DNA of 64,000 bases from Hemiscyllium ocellatum (Eukaryota): positions 124,307,740-124,371,739 of the forward strand of contig NC_083401.1 of the NCBI RefSeq assembly GCF_020745735.1. The letters are read 5' to 3'. Position numbers and translations under genes: made by a program. Below, in pieces: positions 59,791 through 64,000 of this stretch. The notes below the pieces were generated by a model. That model saw nothing but the letters and a program-made list of their open reading frames with translations. It was not told where the DNA came from and did no database searches. Numbering within the stretch: the first letter of the stretch is position 1; each line of letters begins with the position of its first letter.

Positions 59791-62001
59791 TATGTCTGTC
59801 TCAGCTCAGATAACATTCTGACTGTGTGCCCTTCTCTGTCTTTGCTTCCTAACCCTGAATATTGTATTTATTTAAATAAACATCTAATGCCTCTCTGCCT
59901 CCACCATACATTAAGGTGTCATGTTTCTAATGGTAATAGCCCAGTTTTTTCTTTCTTTTATGGGATGTGGGCGTCGCTGTCTAGCAGAGTTTTGCCTATC
60001 CCTCGATGCCGTTGAGAAGGTGGTGGTGGTGAGCTGCCTTCTTGAGCCACTGCAGTCCATGTCCTTTTAGGTTGACACGGAATGCCATTAGGAATGGACT
60101 TCAGGGATTGTGATCTGGTGTCAGTAAAGAAGCGGCGATATGTTTCCAAGTCAGGGTGGTAAGTGGCTTGGATGGGTCCTCGAAGCTGGTGGTGTTCCCA
60201 TGCATCTGCTGCCCTTGTTCTTCTCGTGGTCATGCATTTGGAAGGTGCTTTTGAGGATCTTTGGTGAATTTCTGAAATGCATCTTATAGATAGTACACAC
60301 TGCTGAGCATCAGTGGTAGAAGATGCTTGTGGATGTGGTGTCAGTCAAGCTGCCTGCTTTCTCATGGATGGTGTCAGGCTTCTTGAGTGTTGCTGGAGCT
60401 GCACCCATTCAGGCAAGTTGTGAATATTCCATAAAATCCCTGACTAGTATCTTGTAGATGCTGGATGGGCTTTGGAGAGTGAAGAGGTCAGTTACTTGCT
60501 GTAGTATTCCTATCCTCTGTGTTTGTGACAATGGAGTTGAGTCAATGGTAACCCCCAGAATTTTTGATATTTGGGGATTCGGTGATAATAACACCATTAT
60601 GCATCAAGGAGCGGCAGTTAGATTGTCTCTTATTGGTGATGGTCATATCCGGTATTTGTGTGGCGTAAATGCGAGCAAGTGTTTTCTGACATCACATTTG
60701 CTTTTTTTTTTGCAAATTGTCTTATGTCTGAGCCCTGTTATTTTCGGTCCTTCTACAAAAATCCCTTCATGATTTGAAAACTATTATAAAATCCCCTCTT
60801 CATCTTCTTAGCTCCAAGGAAAATAGTCCCAACCTATCCACTCTGCCTTCATACCTGAAATTTGTCATCCTTGGAACTATTCTTGTCAGCCACCTCTTCA
60901 CACTTTCTGATGTGTTCATGTCCTTGTACACCATACTTTAGTTGAGATCTAGCTAGTGTCTCAGAGTTCAGCATAACTTCCCTGCTGTTATATTTATATC
61001 CCTATTTATCAAGCTTAGATTATTGTAAACTTTATCTGCTCACTGTACCTGTCCTTCCACCTTTAGTGACATATGCATATATGGATCCAGATCTCCCTGC
61101 TCTTGCATAATCTCTAGGCTAGTGTTGCATTTCGAAATTAATTCTCCATATTCCTTTTGCCAAATTATGATATCCCACAGTTCTCTGCATTGAACTTCAT
61201 CTGCAGCCTATCTGCTCGTTCCAAATTGTCAATGTCCTTTTGTAATTTTCCATTAACCTCCATTCAGTTCATAGTGTTTTCAAATTTTATATCATCCACA
61301 AATGTGAAAATGATCTCCTACATAACAAGATCTAAATCATTAATATGCATCAGGAAAAGCAAAGGTCTCACTGACCTAGGGAACTTCACTACAAATCTCT
61401 CTCCAGCCTGAAATATTAATAATTAATTATTTCGTTTCATTAATCATTTCATTTCCCTCAATCAGTTTTGTATTGTGTTGTTCCAATGCTGTTTGTTCCA
61501 TGAGCTAAACCTTTCTCACAGGTCTGTTGTGTGGCAATGTGTCGAATTCCATGTACACCACATTACCTGATTTTAGATTCTTGATTACCAAGGATTTAGA
61601 ACATTATAAGCAGGAATGTAGAACAAAGGTTAGATCAGCCATGTTATTAATGAATAGTGAAGCAAGCTTCAAGGGTGGGATAACGTATTCTTGCTCCTTG
61701 TTCGTACATATGCTAGTATTAGCCTCATCGACTTTCTCCATAACCTCTTCAAAAGAGCTTAACAAATTTATGCTAGCTCTTTCTGCTTAACCTGCATTTT
61801 TCCACGTGGCTATTAATTCTAACCCAAATAATTGGTTAGGATACATTAGCCTTGGAGGGAGTACAACATAAGTTTGCAAGAATATTATCTGGACTTCAGG
61901 GGTTAAATTATAAGGAGCAGATATGCAGGTTAGGTGTATTTTCTCTAGAATTTAGAAGGTTGAGGGTCAGAGTCGACAATGTAAGTAACCAGTGGTAGAT
62001 A

Positions 62002-62316
62002 TTAGAATTAGAATCCCTGCAGTATGAAAACAGGCCCTTCGGCCCAACACGTCCACACCGACCCTCCAAAAAGTAATCCACCCAGACCCATTCTCCTACC
62101 CTAAATTGATTAATGCACCTAACCTACACATCTCTGAACACTTCAGGCAATTGCACATCTTTGGATTGTGGAAGGAAACGGGAGCACCTGGAGTAAACCC
62201 ATGCAGTCACAGGGAGAATGTGCAAAGTCCGCATAGACAGTCACCTGAGGCTGGAATTGAAGTCAGGTCCCTGGTGCTCTGAGGAAGCAGTGCTAACCAC
62301 TGACCACCGTGCCACC
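62002..62316 (-). mobile_element. HE1-like SINE nested in a CR1 3' fragment (about 61810-62590, plus strand)
   Basis: Reverse-complement head 'gcagtgctaaccactgaccaccgtgccacc', V-domain and tail 'aaacaggcccttcggcccaac'. Confidence 0.8.
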
Positions 62317-62821
62317 CTATTTCCACTGGTTAGGGATTCTAGAACTAGGGGGCATAGCCTGAGATTTAGGATCAGACCATTTTGGAGAGGTGTTTGGAAG
62401 CACCTCTACACACAAAAGACAGTAGAGGTTTGGAACTCTTCCACAAAAGGCAGTAAATGCTGAATCAGTTATTTTGAAATCTAAGGTTGATCAAATTTTC
62501 TTAAACATTTATAATAGGTATGAGCCAAAGGCAGCTGTGTGGAATTAGGCCACAGATCAACCAAGATCTCGTTGAACGCTGGAACAGGCTGCTCCATTTA
62601 ATTTAACTGCGTTTGAACTAGTTACATTTTAACTGTAAATTAGACTGTCTGAATGGATGAGCTATAATAAGCATGAAAAAGATAGCTAGAGCACTTTTCA
62701 ACAATTAAGTGATTTAGTTTTGAAATTGTAAAAAGGAATAAAAACTGAGGACTTAATAAGCTGGTGGCAAAAGAGGTAAACTTAGAAATTTCATTTTTAG
62801 CTCAATCATTTTAACATTTAA

Positions 62822-64000
62822 TTTAGAACATAGAACAGTACAGCACAGAACAGGCCCTTCAGCCCACAATATTGTGCTGACCATTGGTCCTCGTGTAAGG
62901 TAAACCTAATGTACGAACCCTCAAATTTCTGTGACCATATGCATGTCCAGTAGTCTCTTAAATATCCCCAATGACCTCACTTCCTCAACTGCCGCTGGCA
63001 GAGCATTCCATCCTCTCTCAACTCTCTACATAAAAAACCCGCCTCTGACATCCCCTCTATACTTTCCGCCAAATAGCTTAAAACTATGACCCCTTGTGTT
63101 AACAATTTCTGCCGTGGGAAAAGGTTTCTGGCTATCAACTCTATCCATGCCTCTCATTATCTTGTACACCTCAATTAGGTCCCCTCTCTTCCTTTTTACC
63201 AATGAAAAAAGTCCGAGCTCAGTCAACCTCTCTTCGTAAGATAAGCCCTTCATTCCAAGTAGCATCCTGGTAAACCTCCTCTGAACCGTCTCCAAAGCAT
63301 CCACATCTTTCCTATAATAGGGCGACCAGAATTGGACACAGTATTCCAAGTGCGATCTAACCAAAGTTTTATAGAGCTGCAACAAGATCTCACGGCTCTT
63401 AAACTCAATCCCCCTGTTGATGAAAACCAAAACACCATATGCTTTCTTAACAACCCTGTCCACCTGGGTGGCAATTCTAAGGGATCTATGTACCTGCACA
63501 CCAAGACCCCTCTGTTCCTCCACACTGCCAAGAATCCTGTCTTTAATCCTGTACTCAACTTTCAAGTTCGACCTTCCAAAATGCATCACTTCCCATTTAT
63601 CCAGGTTGAACTCCATGTGCCACCTCTCCGCCCATTTCTGCATCCTGTCAATGTCACGCTGCAGCCTACAACAGTTCTCTATACTGACCACGACACCTCC
63701 AACCTTTGTGTCGTCTGCAAACTTGCTAACCCATCCTTCAATCTCCTTATCCAAGTCATTAATAAAATTTTCAAAGAGTAGAGGCCAAGAACAGAGCCCT
63801 GTAGAACACCACTCACTACTGTCTTCCAGGCAAATTATTTTCCTTCCACTACTACTCGCTGTCTTCTGTCGACCAGCCAATTCTGTATCCAGACAGCTAA
63901 ATTTTACTGTATCCCATTCCTCCTGATCTTCTGAATGAGCCTACCACGGGGAACCTTATCAAATGCTTTACTGAAGTCCATATACACCTATCCACTGGTC
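62822..64000 (-). mobile_element. Relatively young CR1-like LINE 3' end (RT C-terminal half); runs off the window
   Basis: 284-codon open frame 63026-63880 with LFENFINDL, SKFADDTK and LVRSHLEYCVQFWSP; tail 'gggctgaagggcctgttctgtgctgtactgttctatgttcta'. Confidence 0.92.

Noticed and set aside
63332-63926. 149-aa and 169-aa plus-strand ORFs
   Set aside because: Antisense shadows of the CR1 RT frame.

Overview
Eukaryotic (vertebrate) genomic DNA, not prokaryotic. The HE1-type V-SINEs, Deu-domain SINE and CR1-like LINEs point to a cartilaginous fish, probably a carpet/bamboo shark (inference from repeat content). The one real gene is the 5' part of BOD1L1 on the + strand: eight coding exons at 20911-57984, about 527 codons, all with GT-AG borders and matching phases; the gene continues past the window. 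Its CpG-island promoter lies between a G-rich 24/20-bp VNTR (with a 100-N gap) and a 44-bp satellite in intron 1. Most of the rest is degraded retroelements (CR1-like LINEs, SINEs, Penelope-like fragments, a solo LTR, pogo/Tigger-like MITEs). The strongest unexplained signal is a family of short (about 90-280 bp) non-coding insertions carrying a minimal type I hammerhead ribozyme motif (CUGANGA-A-GGGC-loop-GCCC-GAAAC-GUC). They occur as single, tandem and head-to-head palindromic copies, three have 15-20 bp target-site duplications, and the same unit forms the 3' end of a GIY-YIG Penelope-like element (13-bp TSD) in this window. The intron-1 satellite derives from the same unit. Intron 1 also holds an intronless, stop-disrupted MHC-like (C1-set Ig plus TM) retrocopy whose 5' part may be inverted. 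All alignments and folds were done by eye; no database search or folding program was run.
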